Shown: positions 16,462 through 27,331 of the stretch, piece after piece
How the letters are laid out: every line of letters begins with the position of its first letter
Position numbering within the stretch: the first letter of the stretch is position 1
Notes under the pieces: generated by a model
Databases searched by the model: none
Seen by the model: the letters and a program-made list of their open reading frames with translations, nothing else
What the model was told of the DNA's origin: nothing
Made by a program: the position numbers and the translations under genes
IMG/VR virus record: IMGVR_UViG_3300032007_000017
Strand: one strand, 5' to 3'
Source: a virus
Taxonomy: Duplodnaviria > Caudoviricetes
DNA length: 64,000 nt

Positions 16462-18846
16462 ATGCCTGATTCCAACTATGTTTCAAATATTATGGATATC
16501 GCATATTATGCTGATGATCCTTCATATCCTGGAGTTACAAAGGAATTAACTGATAAGATTACTCATATGCAACAGCAAGCTGATGCAGAAGATCTCTATA
16601 TCATTAATCCTGTAAAACTCAGAGCAGGTACTTATAATTTAACAGATGCTTATGATAGATATATGAGCCAGACTAAGCCATTCCGTCGTAAATCAGATTG
16701 GCTTACATTATCTGCTATTGGTCTTACCAATCAGCAGATATTTGATTATATCTATAATAAAGCTATGCATCAAGATGATTCTCTTGAATTGTCCACGTTT
16801 GGACATTATGAAGAATATCAGAATATTGATGAGTCTGCATCAGTCGATGTCCCGGATTATATTCCTGTAATGGATAAACCTGTCGATATTGATGCTCTTC
16901 ATGCTCAGTATTCTGGTCCAGAATGGAATCAAAGGGTCTATAATCTCTCTGATTGGGAAGCTGAAACTGGATATATTGCTATTAATCCTGGTAGAATTAT
17001 TACTCTTGGTGCTCTTGAAGAACTCTGGAGTGCTTGGAATAATATGATTCGTAGACATCAGAGATATTCTGATTGGAAGATGATTGAGTTATTTGGTCTT
17101 ACCAATCAGCAGATGTATATAGGATATAAACAGTGGCTTCTTAAGAAAGAGAAAGAATCTGGTGGGCCTCTTACACCTCCTGGTGTAATTGCTGATGTAA
17201 TAGCTCCTAGACTTGAGACTAGTATTACTAAGACCTACTTTAATACTATTCTTGAAAATGGAGATATTACTCATCAGGAAATGGCTAGCTTAGATGCTAT
17301 TCCTGCTAGGCATCCTGAATTCTTTGATAATCGAGTTTATACAACTCTTATCAATGATATCCGTACCAAGGATGCAGAGATGAATGGAAATGTTCCTTCT
17401 GCTGAATGGTTCCATTCTGATCTTCCTGCTTATACTCCTGATGAGATGATTGATATGGGAGTTTATCAAGGAGGATCTAATCCCGAAGATACTAGTGATC
17501 TGATTCCTGGTCAGATTATGAATGAGGATTGGTTTAGAGAATACTGTCAGTTCTTTGAAACTGGCTATGAAACAGATCACTATATCAAATTAAATCAGGA
17601 TAGAATTCATAAACTCGAACAGCTTTACTACATTCCTTCTGATAGAACTGGTTCTAAGGATTGGCAGGAGTCTGTTAGAGCTCTTGGATGGAATCCTGAT
17701 ATAGAGTTTACTCCTAAGAATAGAGTAGTGAATGATAGATTGATGTCTGCTCATTATGAATCAGTCATTAATCATTATGATTTCGAAGATGTGAGAGATG
17801 AGATGACTCTCTTTGAAGCTAAAAAAGAGAAATCTAATGCTTATAAGCCTATCTTTATTACTCTTATTGAAGGTGGATCTCCGCTGTCTGTTGCTATCAA
17901 GAAAGCTACTAAAGCGAGTTATACTCATGCTATGCTTTCTCTCGATAGTACAATGGAGAAGATGTACTCATTTGGATTGGATACTAAGGTAAAACTTACT
18001 GGGTCTTTTATCATCGATGATATTCGCACTAAGCCGAAAGATAAACTCTTTAAAGCTTATGCAATTCTTGTTGATAATGAGACCTTCAATCAAATCAAAT
18101 CCAACATTGATCATTTCATTCAGAGACAAAGGCAAACAAAGTATTCTTGGGATGGATTGATTAAGTATCTTTTCAAACAGCCTTCTGAAGGTGATGATGA
18201 AAAGATGTTTTGTTCTCAATTCGTTGATAGAATGCTGAAACTTGGTAGCATTGACTTTACGAAAAAGAGCTCTAGTCTTCTATCTCCTAATGATCTTGAT
18301 AAGGCTGCTAAGAAGAATAAGAAGATTTATACTGTCTTTAAAGGTAAAGTCGGTGGATATAAGAAAGAAGTCATCGATAAGATCATCAATACTCTGCTTC
18401 AAAGAGAGACCTATTTTAAGCCTGTTAAAGAAGCAAGAGAACTTCCCATTCAGATGAATAAGAATGGAGATGTCTTAATCAATATCAATAAGACAGACTA
18501 TGCTGCTGAATACCAAGCATCTCATAGACTTCTTATGGAGTATGATAAGGCAAATAATATTGATGGTATGAAAGCTGAATTAGCTAAGTTATGGGCCATG
18601 CTTCTCTCTATCGAAGAGAAGATCTATGGAGATCATATGATTAGCTCAGCAAAACGTAGCAAGCTTTATATCACTAGAGCGCATATTCTTGGAGATTTCA
18701 ATAAGTATATGGAAATTGTAAATCGAAATGATGGTAGTTTCAATTTCAATGATTACTTCCAGAAGTCTCCTTATGCGAAAGGTGTTTATAAGGTTAATGC
18801 TGCTACAATCAGTGGCTTATTATCTCTTGTGAAACAAGTGCTTTAA
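16462..18846 (+). CDS. Late/virion protein with an internal repeat and a permuted papain-like (YiiX/YaeF-type NlpC/P60) domain
   Basis: Repeat SDW..(S/E)..GLTNQQ twice; His before Cys: YTHAMLSLD ... MFCSQFVDRML ... SPNDL. Confidence 0.75.
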   Translation: MPDSNYVSNIMDIAYYADDPSYPGVTKELTDKITHMQQQADAEDLYIINPVKLRAGTYNLTDAYDRYMSQTKPFRRKSDWLTLSAIGLTNQQIFDYIYNKAMHQDDSLELSTFGHYEEYQNIDESASVDVPDYIPVMDKPVDIDALHAQYSGPEWNQRVYNLSDWEAETGYIAINPGRIITLGALEELWSAWNNMIRRHQRYSDWKMIELFGLTNQQMYIGYKQWLLKKEKESGGPLTPPGVIADVIAPRLETSITKTYFNTILENGDITHQEMASLDAIPARHPEFFDNRVYTTLINDIRTKDAEMNGNVPSAEWFHSDLPAYTPDEMIDMGVYQGGSNPEDTSDLIPGQIMNEDWFREYCQFFETGYETDHYIKLNQDRIHKLEQLYYIPSDRTGSKDWQESVRALGWNPDIEFTPKNRVVNDRLMSAHYESVINHYDFEDVRDEMTLFEAKKEKSNAYKPIFITLIEGGSPLSVAIKKATKASYTHAMLSLDSTMEKMYSFGLDTKVKLTGSFIIDDIRTKPKDKLFKAYAILVDNETFNQIKSNIDHFIQRQRQTKYSWDGLIKYLFKQPSEGDDEKMFCSQFVDRMLKLGSIDFTKKSSSLLSPNDLDKAAKKNKKIYTVFKGKVGGYKKEVIDKIINTLLQRETYFKPVKEARELPIQMNKNGDVLININKTDYAAEYQASHRLLMEYDKANNIDGMKAELAKLWAMLLSIEEKIYGDHMISSAKRSKLYITRAHILGDFNKYMEIVNRNDGSFNFNDYFQKSPYAKGVYKVNAATISGLLSLVKQVL

Positions 18847-18908
18847 ACACATATTATTATAGTAGACCTGGTGACAGGTCTACTATATTTATGATGAGGT
18901 AAAGTTAT

Positions 18909-19070
18909 ATGACTAGAAAACAATTTATTTTAGTTGTAATACTTATGCTTATATCCCAGTTTATAATGTGGGGTATAATTGACCATGATATATATAGAAT
19001 GTGGGCAATTATATATGCTATTCTGTATATCATTATTGGTGCTTATTTTTACAAAATAAGCAAGAAATAG
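18909..19070 (+). CDS. 53-aa two-transmembrane protein (not in the ORF track)
   Basis: MTRKQFILVVILMLISQFIMWGIIDHDIYRMWAIIYAILYIIIGAYFYKISKK; GAGGT RBS; early motif CATATTAT 18850-18857. Confidence 0.7.
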   Translation: MTRKQFILVVILMLISQFIMWGIIDHDIYRMWAIIYAILYIIIGAYFYKISKK

Positions 19071-19123
19071 TGTATTACTATAGCACAAACTTTAAATTAG
19101 TAAGAAAAGGAGGTATTAAATAT

Positions 19124-19714
19124 ATGGCTATTCTTACAGGATCAGAGATTTATAAACAGATCCAAGCTGGGAATATTACTATGGATCCGTTTGATCCTAA
19201 GTTAATCAATCCCAACTCTTGCAATCTTCATATCGCAGATGAGATTAAAGTATATAAGTCTGATAGACTGATTAAGCTCAATGGAGTAGATCTTATTGTC
19301 CTCGACAGTCATAAGGTGAACGAAACCGATACATATAAGATGACTGACGATGGCTTTATGCTTCTTCCTGGCATTCTTTATCTTGGAAGAACTGTCGAAA
19401 AAGTTGGAACAACTAAGTTTGTACCTAAACTCGATGGTCGTAGTTCTACCGGTAGACTTGGTCTTAAGATTCATCTTACTGCTGGATTTGGAGATATTGG
19501 ATTTAATGGAACCTGGACTCTGGAACTTGAAGTAACGCATCCGTTAATCATTTATCCTGGAGATGAGGTCTGCCAAATCTGTTTTGAGACTGTAGAAGGA
19601 GATACTGATTACTTGTATAATGGTCGTTATCAAGGTCAAGTCAATGCTACAGCCTCTAGGTTTTACGAGAACAAGAAAGGAGTCTTTAATCTTGAAGACG
19701 TTGCCCAAGACTAA
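19124..19714 (+). CDS. dcd: dCTP deaminase
   Basis: MAILTGSEI, INPNSCNL, DGRSSTGRLGL, AGFGDIGFNGTWTLE, ICFE, YNGRYQGQ; AGGAGG RBS before ATG 19124. Confidence 0.92.
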   Translation: MAILTGSEIYKQIQAGNITMDPFDPKLINPNSCNLHIADEIKVYKSDRLIKLNGVDLIVLDSHKVNETDTYKMTDDGFMLLPGILYLGRTVEKVGTTKFVPKLDGRSSTGRLGLKIHLTAGFGDIGFNGTWTLELEVTHPLIIYPGDEVCQICFETVEGDTDYLYNGRYQGQVNATASRFYENKKGVFNLEDVAQD

Positions 19715-20666
19715 AGGTCTTAAATTCTATAAATGGGTTGGTGACAAGTGCACGGTAATCCGTTTATATGATTACAATGAAGTCAAGCATGAGTATATAA
19801 TGCTTGATGAGAATAATCGAAAGATTAAAATTCCTGAAGATGAAATGCTTGATGATATCTGGATCAAGCTCAATCCTGATGGAATCATGTCCTTCTTTAT
19901 CATTGAGAGTAAAGACATTGAAGGTACTATTACACAAGATGTCATGATCACTCTCAATCGAATTAATACAAAAACTCGAACTCTCGAAGAAGTTCCATAT
20001 GTCATTTGTCGTCAATCTGTTATTGATATCTTTGCTCTTCTTCAAGATAAGACAAGATATATTGCAGGTATGACGATGTCTATTAAGACATGCCCGAATG
20101 AAGTAAACTTCTCTGACTTCTTGAAGTTTGAGAAGATGAACCATAAAGTTCAGGTTGCTGTCTATATGGAAGATCATCAAGATGATATTCTCAGGTTGAT
20201 CAATACGCATAAGTTTGATACTACTCTGAGGAATATCAAAGCAAAGGCTCATAAGATGATTGCACAAGGAGTGCAAGGCTATTGTGAGACTTTGTATGAT
20301 CTGATGAGAGATAATTTCTTTATGTTTGATTTTAGAGATGCTTATGACATCACTGAAATCGATATGGAGAAGTTCGATTTTGAAGATGATAAAACTAACA
20401 AAGCTTTAACAGAGTTCATCATATCCAGTAAGCAAGAAGTACCTGTTAAGTTTTATCCCATGAAATTCGATAGAACTGTATACTTAGAGGAACTTCAGAG
20501 ACCATACGTATTAATTGCTCCGATGTCCTATAAGTATCCGCTTGGGGATATTACTGTACTTTGCTATGATGTCTCTCAGACCATCTCATTCAAAGATGTT
20601 GTCAACAAAGGCTTAAAGCCATCTGATGCTAAGAAAGAGGTAATGAAGCAATTAGGATGGCAGTAA
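19692..20666 (+). CDS. Hypothetical protein
   Basis: About 324 aa from TTG 19692 with AAGGAG RBS; overlaps the dcd end. Confidence 0.75.
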   Translation: MKTLPKTKGLKFYKWVGDKCTVIRLYDYNEVKHEYIMLDENNRKIKIPEDEMLDDIWIKLNPDGIMSFFIIESKDIEGTITQDVMITLNRINTKTRTLEEVPYVICRQSVIDIFALLQDKTRYIAGMTMSIKTCPNEVNFSDFLKFEKMNHKVQVAVYMEDHQDDILRLINTHKFDTTLRNIKAKAHKMIAQGVQGYCETLYDLMRDNFFMFDFRDAYDITEIDMEKFDFEDDKTNKALTEFIISSKQEVPVKFYPMKFDRTVYLEELQRPYVLIAPMSYKYPLGDITVLCYDVSQTISFKDVVNKGLKPSDAKKEVMKQLGWQ

Positions 20667-20763
20667 AATGTGTTTTAGACACATATTATTCATGTAAGAT
20701 AGTGTGATTCCATAGTCACATTATTGATAAGCTTATCAATCTATAAAAGGAGGCTCCAAAACT

Positions 20764-21573
20764 ATGGAAACAACCAATGCTAACGTTTTGACCCAGGAGG
20801 AGAACGTCTCCCCCAAGACTGAGGCGAACACCGAGAAGGACAAGATGACGATTGACCTCGATCCGATCAAGTTCGAGGCCGATGCGGAAACCATGTTCAT
20901 CAATGGTGCTCAGCTCACCGAAAAGATTAGCGCTATGTTCAAGGCCGTGTTTGCTGACTTTGTCGGCTGCCAGATCGTTACCAACAATCCTGGTATTGCG
21001 GCTCCTGAGATCGTTAATCGCACAATCGCGCCCGGTGCCATGTATGTGAATCTCTCCTTTGCGGAGAATAGTTCCAAGGATGGATACCATGTCCTGAAGC
21101 GCCGCTCCGAAACGAAGGGTACGAAGATGATCTCTCGTCTCAACTTCGTCAATGGCGGCATGTCCAACCGTATGTATACGATTGACGATGGGGCCAAGGA
21201 AGCTCTCGAAGAGTTCCTGCCGACTCAGTTCAACAAGAACAAGAAGCCTGACTTCGATGCTCGTTATGTTGAGCTCGTCAACTCTGCTCCGGCTGGATTC
21301 ATGAACTATGGCTTCAATGGTGGAAGCATGACCGAATGTAAGCTCTTTGGATTCCCCATCGAACTTCTGCTCAAGAAGATCTATGGTGCCAAGGACAGCG
21401 AAGGTCATGATCTCGAGTATGGCTGCAACCTGATTCGTATGACCGTCGATGGTCGTGATTCGGTTCTGCAGGTCACTCAGCTCAAGTCCTCTACCGTGAA
21501 CAAGCTGTTCAACATCATGGGTATGGGTCAGCAGCAGTTCGGTAATCCGATGCTGAACTATATGACCCGTTAA
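20764..21573 (+). CDS. Early protein with strong codon bias (likely highly expressed), function unknown
   Basis: 269 aa; many C-ending codons and higher GC; CATATTAT 20682-20689; leader hairpin; AGGAGG RBS; terminator 21597-21631. Confidence 0.8.
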   Translation: METTNANVLTQEENVSPKTEANTEKDKMTIDLDPIKFEADAETMFINGAQLTEKISAMFKAVFADFVGCQIVTNNPGIAAPEIVNRTIAPGAMYVNLSFAENSSKDGYHVLKRRSETKGTKMISRLNFVNGGMSNRMYTIDDGAKEALEEFLPTQFNKNKKPDFDARYVELVNSAPAGFMNYGFNGGSMTECKLFGFPIELLLKKIYGAKDSEGHDLEYGCNLIRMTVDGRDSVLQVTQLKSSTVNKLFNIMGMGQQQFGNPMLNYMTR

Positions 21574-21658
21574 GTATCCACATAAGGGCACGATAAAAAG
21601 AAAGGGAGAATAAAATCTCCCTTTCTTTTTTCAAGCTAATTTTTAAGGAGCTGAGATT

Positions 21659-21946
21659 ATGAAGAAGATAAATATCGATCAATTAAATAATATGATCATT
21701 GGTATGGTTGAAACTAATTCATCAAACCCTGAACGTTGTAGATTTGGTGCAATCATAGAAAATGACAATGACGAAAATCTCAATATCAGTTTTCTTTCCT
21801 ATGAAAGTATACTTTGGTTTGCTAAAGTTACTCAAAATATAACTGATAATGATATAATAGCTCTGGTTGATCTCTATACTGGAGAACTTGTATCAATGAA
21901 AACGGCATATGAGATTTCAATGGAACGAATTGGAGGTAAAGGATAA
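21659..21946 (+). CDS. Hypothetical protein
   Basis: 95 aa, AAGGAG RBS. Confidence 0.7.
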   Translation: MKKINIDQLNNMIIGMVETNSSNPERCRFGAIIENDNDENLNISFLSYESILWFAKVTQNITDNDIIALVDLYTGELVSMKTAYEISMERIGGKG

Positions 21947-22380
21947 TGGCATTTGATGGTGGTGGAAATATTCATTATGAATATGATCCCAATGGAGTGA
22001 ATGAGATCATCGATGAACTTAGTCCTACCAGCTATCTCTCTCTTCGTAGTGTAAGATGGAGTGAAGATGGGGACTTCAAGCTTGATCTCAGACGCTATTT
22101 CGTCAAGCAAGATGAATCTGAGATGCCTGGAAAGGGCTGTTCTATTCATAATCCGAACAGACTTGCAAATGTTCTCTTCTCTAATGGCTTTGGTGATACT
22201 GAAACCATTGCTAGAGAATTATTCTGCAGGGATGATTGGAACAAGGGAGTAGGTACAGTTCTGGCAGATATGAATGATACAGAATACAAGAAATTCAAAA
22301 AGGATATGGATACTGCTCGTGATGAAGCCATTAAGAATCGTGGCATGAGCAGTGATGATTTCTTGGGAGCTCTGGCTTAA
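21946..22380 (+). CDS. PC4/YdbC-like single-stranded nucleic-acid-binding protein
   Basis: LRSVRWSEDGDFKLDLRRY...MPGKGCSI resembles the PC4/YdbC signature. Confidence 0.65.
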   Translation: MAFDGGGNIHYEYDPNGVNEIIDELSPTSYLSLRSVRWSEDGDFKLDLRRYFVKQDESEMPGKGCSIHNPNRLANVLFSNGFGDTETIARELFCRDDWNKGVGTVLADMNDTEYKKFKKDMDTARDEAIKNRGMSSDDFLGALA

Positions 22381-23466
22381 ATGGAAGCTGAGTTTGATCT
22401 GTATTATGCACTATTAGGAAACTTTGTTAGTTACGAAGCATTGTTTCCTATTAGTAAAAAGCTTCTTTATGATTATCGTGGAGAAGCTCCACTATTAGAC
22501 TTTTATATCGATATCAATTCGTATATTAAGTCTTTCTGGGTTCCAAGAAAATATTCCTATAAGAATATCAATATTCTCACAGCCAATCTAATTAATTGCT
22601 GTGCTCATTATAGGAACTATTTCTGGACTCGTCATACAATGAAAACCAGATTCTTCTTAGTGTGGGCAGATAATATACCAGAGAGTAAACCTCTTGAGTA
22701 TAATGCTCACTATAAGGAACGAGTCAATACTGCAAGTATAGCAGGATGGCAGGCTCCTATGATCAATTTCACTAAGAAGGCTTTAGCATTTCTATGTAAG
22801 TACCTTCCACAAATCTACTTTATTGAAGGTGGTACGAATGAAACTGCTGGAGTAATAAGTGCTTTAATAAAACAGAATTCTGTTCCGGCAAATCCTAAAG
22901 TGATATTGTCGAAAGATGCTTATTGCTACCAGCTCGTTGCATACCATCCGAATACGTTTATACTTCGTCCTAAGAAACGTAAGATAAATGGCAATAGTGT
23001 AGATGCTTCGTGGTTGGTTACTAAGACAAACCTCTTCAATGCATTGAAGGAAGAGCTTGGTTATAAACAAACTGCTGTATTTCCATCTAATGTACAACAT
23101 CTAGATTGCGTATTAGGTCTTTCTGGATTAAAGGCTCGTCATATACGAGGAGTAATGACAGTCTCTAAAGCATGTGATTTAATTGCTGCTATTGAGCAAG
23201 CTGCTCCTGAGCATCTAGATAGTCCAGAAAAACTGGAAATGAGTATTAAGCTTAATCCAGTAGATGTAGAACGAGGAGTCAATCCAATCGGGCTTTCTAT
23301 TACTGCTAATCTCTTAGATGCAAGAATAGATGAACTGAGTTTTGTATCTTCACCACTATTTGTGGAGGTAAGCAAGTCTATAGTTGATCTATATAATCCT
23401 CAAGCTGTTATGGAGATTAGTAACCATGAGTATCAGGATTATCCTCTTGAACTGATGGAATTATAG
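22381..23466 (+). CDS. Divergent PIN/5'-3' exonuclease-like protein
   Basis: FYIDINS, NETAGVI, VILSKDAYCYQL resemble a degenerate FEN/T4 RNase H-like PIN fold. Confidence 0.45.
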   Translation: MEAEFDLYYALLGNFVSYEALFPISKKLLYDYRGEAPLLDFYIDINSYIKSFWVPRKYSYKNINILTANLINCCAHYRNYFWTRHTMKTRFFLVWADNIPESKPLEYNAHYKERVNTASIAGWQAPMINFTKKALAFLCKYLPQIYFIEGGTNETAGVISALIKQNSVPANPKVILSKDAYCYQLVAYHPNTFILRPKKRKINGNSVDASWLVTKTNLFNALKEELGYKQTAVFPSNVQHLDCVLGLSGLKARHIRGVMTVSKACDLIAAIEQAAPEHLDSPEKLEMSIKLNPVDVERGVNPIGLSITANLLDARIDELSFVSSPLFVEVSKSIVDLYNPQAVMEISNHEYQDYPLELMEL

Positions 23467-23531
23467 AGCTCGAACATAAGGGTAGTAGTCAAACTACTAC
23501 CCTTATTATTTTTTATAAAGGGGGAGTCTCT

Positions 23532-24764
23532 GTGCCTAATATATCTACTAGCAATAAGAATGTGATATACAAGTACACAGCGGAAATCCTTACAAACTTT
23601 GAAAATGATAATAATCCGATTAGAATTGATTTTCTTCGGTTCCGTTCGATTGTAGTTGACTATAATTATGATAAGCTTAATTTTCCTCTCTTCTACTGCA
23701 ATGTAGGAATTCGTAGAGAGGATGCTATTAAATTAGCTGAGAATCAGAAGAATGGAACCGTTATATTCACAATGTGGAAATATCGTGAAGACATCACTTC
23801 TGCTTCTGATATGAAAATTGAAGTTCTTAGAAAAGAATGTATATACTTTATTCCTACTGATGTATCCAAAGAAAGTGATGCTATTATAGTCGATGAAGAT
23901 AAGTCTGATGACTATGGTTATCGCACCACAATTGGCTTAATTGTTCTTGATCATACCAATAAAAATGAAATGGTTAAGCATGGTGTCATCAATAAAGGAA
24001 CAATGTCTTCTGTTCTTTTCTATCAATTAAAAGACCATCAATTGATAATGGAGCCTTTACAGCATAATCCTACACTTAATGGTCTTATGCTACCTCCTCT
24101 TCATACATTATCTAAAATGATAGGGTATTTGAATAATTACTCTGCATTTTATGATACAATGTATAAATTCTTTATTAGCTTCGAAGCCACTTATCTTCTT
24201 TCTTCTTCTGGAAAAGGAGTTAAGAAAAAAGGCAATAGAAGTAATATGGTAAAATTCATTATCCAAAAGACATACTATGAAGAATCCATAGAGGGTATGA
24301 CAGAAAAGGATGATATGTATGAGATTCCTTGCTCTGCATCATACTGTGTTCTGGATGATGGTAGCAATAATGATAAATTCTTTTCTGGATTAGAAGGGAT
24401 TACTTCTAATGGAGGAAAAGAAGAAAAAGAAACTGGATTACGAGATAAAGAGAGTAAACTTATTAAGCATTCTGAAACAATTAGATTACCTAATAATAAT
24501 ACTACTCTTCTCGATAATATCGTATCAGAAGCTGCTAATAGTGCTGTCGTAATGACAATCACTAAAAATAAAATAGATAGTACTATACTTACTCCAAATA
24601 AGCAGTACTATATAGATTGTACAGAAGTTTATGGTGAGCAATTCACTGGAACATACTTATTGTCAAGCAAAAAAGAAATGTATGTACCAGAAGGTGAAGG
24701 TCTTGCTATGTCTGTTATTCTTCGTATGAAGAAGCTAGCTAATTCTGAAAAAACAACATCCTAG
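23532..24764 (+). CDS. Late virion protein, possible baseplate hub (gp27-like)
   Basis: 410 aa, late promoter 23473-23484; C-terminal ILTPNKQY..FTGTYLLSSK..MSVILRMKK typical of hub proteins. Confidence 0.55.
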   Translation: MPNISTSNKNVIYKYTAEILTNFENDNNPIRIDFLRFRSIVVDYNYDKLNFPLFYCNVGIRREDAIKLAENQKNGTVIFTMWKYREDITSASDMKIEVLRKECIYFIPTDVSKESDAIIVDEDKSDDYGYRTTIGLIVLDHTNKNEMVKHGVINKGTMSSVLFYQLKDHQLIMEPLQHNPTLNGLMLPPLHTLSKMIGYLNNYSAFYDTMYKFFISFEATYLLSSSGKGVKKKGNRSNMVKFIIQKTYYEESIEGMTEKDDMYEIPCSASYCVLDDGSNNDKFFSGLEGITSNGGKEEKETGLRDKESKLIKHSETIRLPNNNTTLLDNIVSEAANSAVVMTITKNKIDSTILTPNKQYYIDCTEVYGEQFTGTYLLSSKKEMYVPEGEGLAMSVILRMKKLANSEKTTS

Positions 24765-24790
24765 GGATTTCTCCCTAGGATGTAATTTAT

Positions 24791-27241
24791 TTATTTTTTG
24801 TTTTGCTGTTGATCTTGCTGCTGCTGTTGGTTGTTATTCTGCTGCTGGTTATTATTCGTCTGTCCACCATCGCCAGTATAACGCTTGACATGGATTCTAA
24901 TAACCTGCATACATTCATTACGAATAAACTCACAAGCAGACATCTTAGCCTTCAGCATGCCAGAACAGACATTCGAGTATACTCTGCAGTAGTTATCAAT
25001 CACATTCTTATGATTGTTTCTAGCCTGCATAGTATTATTATCAGAATTATCTTGTCCTGTTACATTCTTGACACGGCTAGCACCAGTAGCATTTCCATTA
25101 TCATCCTGATGAATGGTTTCAACCTCAACAAGAACACCACTCTCATTAAGAGTAAACCATTTCTCATAGAGATAAGAATATGCTGCTTCAGCATTAGGTT
25201 GAGCATTCTGCCCACCACCTTGTCCAGGACCATTAGCTCCTTCAGTATCGCCAGTTTCAACATCTTTACCAGCTTGCTTCAGGAGATTTTTAATACTCTT
25301 CTCCATCTCACGGATAGAGTTCTTGATATTATTCTCGATTTTACGAATATCATACAGGAAGTCATAGTACATCTTGATATTCTGCTGGAACTGTTTTCCA
25401 GTAAACTCAAAATCATGGCCTTGCATGCAGAAGTAGTTCTTAAACCAGTTATTGATGCCAGCAAGATCCTGAATATCATCAGTCTTTGCCTTCTCAGAGG
25501 TATCACCAGCAAGGGCATTCTTGTAATGATTAAAGAACTTCACCTCATCAGTCAACTGAGACTGAGTCATAGTTTGAAGATCGAGAGTAGGGATCTTAGA
25601 CTGATCATAAATTCTTCTGATACTCAATCCAAGATTCTGAGACTTGTACTGAGAGTTATCAAAAGGTTTAGTCAGGATAATATCTTTGTAGCGGTCAAGA
25701 TAATGCTTTGTAGTTGTGAAGTTAGCAGTAAGCTTCTCCATAAACTTCTCAAAAATCTTCTTGATAGCAGCAATAGTATTAAAGTAAGCTTTCTTTACCT
25801 TATCGCCGACATCTTCATTGATAGAGAGAAGACCTTCATAAATAGCTTGATCATTCTCTGCATTAGCAAACAGAAGAGCTTCCTGATTAATAGCCTGTCT
25901 CTCAAGAGTATGAGAGAAGATATTAAATCTAGCAGAAGTATCAGAGATATCATTATAGAATTCTCTATAGAGATCTCTTTCATCCATATCGCTAAGTTGA
26001 GTATCCATACCAAAAGCTTCCTCAATTAACTCAGGAGAATTCTGGTATGTAGCAGACTCGAAATAATAAGCCTCGTTAAAGTCCACTCCTTTAGCACGAT
26101 TAGCAATTCTCTTAGTGACTGCATTCATCTGATTGATTTCTTGGCTTACATAAGACCAATAGTTGTTATTCGCAGTCTGGATAACACCAGCAACCTTAAT
26201 ACTAGTCTTTCTAAGAGTAGCAAAAAGATTATTAACCTCAGACTGTTTGTCTCCAAACATATTGGGATTATGCTCGACATTATACTTAATTCTATTAAGC
26301 ATATGAGTCATACGAGCAAGATCAGAAACAGGAGTAAGTTTAATAAACTTAAATCCTTTATCATGATCATAGCCATCCATCCACTCAAAACGCTGAGACA
26401 GATACTGATCAGCATTTCCAGTATAATCAGCAGCATTGATTCTAAGAGAATCAATATCACTATTGACCTTGGATCTAACCTTCTCATTTGTAGCTTTGAT
26501 CTCATCTATCTCTTTACTAACAGAAGAAGAATTTCCAGAAGTAAAGCTATTGACAAGGCTATTATATTGCTGCATCAAGTCATTAAGATCTCTAATAGCA
26601 GAAATATTACCAGAAGCCTGATCAATAGTGGGATGAGAAAACTTCTTCAGCTCAATATTAGAATTGGCTGCAGCTTCCTTGAACTTTTCAAGAGATACTT
26701 TGAGATTCTTGACAGAGGTTCTATCAATATAAGGATTCAGAGTAGTAAATTTTCCTTCATTTTGACTGACATTTCCCTGGAAGTAAACGCCAGCATCAGA
26801 TTCTCTATCGCTATCACTAGAATTGGAAGAAGAACTACTATTGGAATTGCTATATCCTCCTCCACTATAACTATTTCCGCTATAGGAATTATAATTAGTA
26901 TAAGAACTATGGCTATTCCAATATTCTCGAGCTCGTTTATTAACTCTATCTATTTTAATAGATTCGATAATATAATAGATAAGGCTAATAAGGAAACCAC
27001 AGATAGATGCAATAAAGAACGCTCCCTGGCCAGAGATCTCATCAATAGGAGTAAGTTCATTACTCTCAAGAATCTTCTTAAGATATTCTCTCTGAGCATA
27101 GTTCTCAGCAATTAATTCAGCATCCTCAAACTCAAGAATAGACATAATAGTCGATTCATCTTGAGCAACGATTTTATATGCTGTTTCTTTCAGTAACTCA
27201 TTATTGGTTACGGTAAGTACATCAGCACTAAATGCTTTCAT
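24791..27241 (-). CDS. Internal head protein paralog 1 (with a large insertion)
   Basis: Late promoter 27266-27277; AGGAGG RBS before ATG 27241; INEDVGDKVKKAYFNTIAAIKKIFEKF shared with the next two genes. Confidence 0.75.
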   Translation of the reverse strand: MKAFSADVLTVTNNELLKETAYKIVAQDESTIMSILEFEDAELIAENYAQREYLKKILESNELTPIDEISGQGAFFIASICGFLISLIYYIIESIKIDRVNKRAREYWNSHSSYTNYNSYSGNSYSGGGYSNSNSSSSSNSSDSDRESDAGVYFQGNVSQNEGKFTTLNPYIDRTSVKNLKVSLEKFKEAAANSNIELKKFSHPTIDQASGNISAIRDLNDLMQQYNSLVNSFTSGNSSSVSKEIDEIKATNEKVRSKVNSDIDSLRINAADYTGNADQYLSQRFEWMDGYDHDKGFKFIKLTPVSDLARMTHMLNRIKYNVEHNPNMFGDKQSEVNNLFATLRKTSIKVAGVIQTANNNYWSYVSQEINQMNAVTKRIANRAKGVDFNEAYYFESATYQNSPELIEEAFGMDTQLSDMDERDLYREFYNDISDTSARFNIFSHTLERQAINQEALLFANAENDQAIYEGLLSINEDVGDKVKKAYFNTIAAIKKIFEKFMEKLTANFTTTKHYLDRYKDIILTKPFDNSQYKSQNLGLSIRRIYDQSKIPTLDLQTMTQSQLTDEVKFFNHYKNALAGDTSEKAKTDDIQDLAGINNWFKNYFCMQGHDFEFTGKQFQQNIKMYYDFLYDIRKIENNIKNSIREMEKSIKNLLKQAGKDVETGDTEGANGPGQGGGQNAQPNAEAAYSYLYEKWFTLNESGVLVEVETIHQDDNGNATGASRVKNVTGQDNSDNNTMQARNNHKNVIDNYCRVYSNVCSGMLKAKMSACEFIRNECMQVIRIHVKRYTGDGGQTNNNQQQNNNQQQQQDQQQNKK

Positions 27242-27331
27242 GTCAAACCTCCTTAATAAGCATTTTACTAAAGTGTTCAAGGTAGTCAAAGAAACAAGAG
27301 AGTCCGAAGACTCTCTTGTTAAATGGTTTGA

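Noticed and set aside
19001-19123. N-terminal extension of dCTP deaminase in the ORF track (likewise upstream extensions at 13937, 27289, 32288, 36799, 50554)
   Set aside because: RBS and promoter positions support the downstream starts
24803-27115. Long antisense ORFs (408 aa, 324 aa; similar ones at 30852, 44150, 58143, 58941)
   Set aside because: Shadow frames of codon-biased real genes; no RBS or promoter; Ile/Ser/Leu-rich composition
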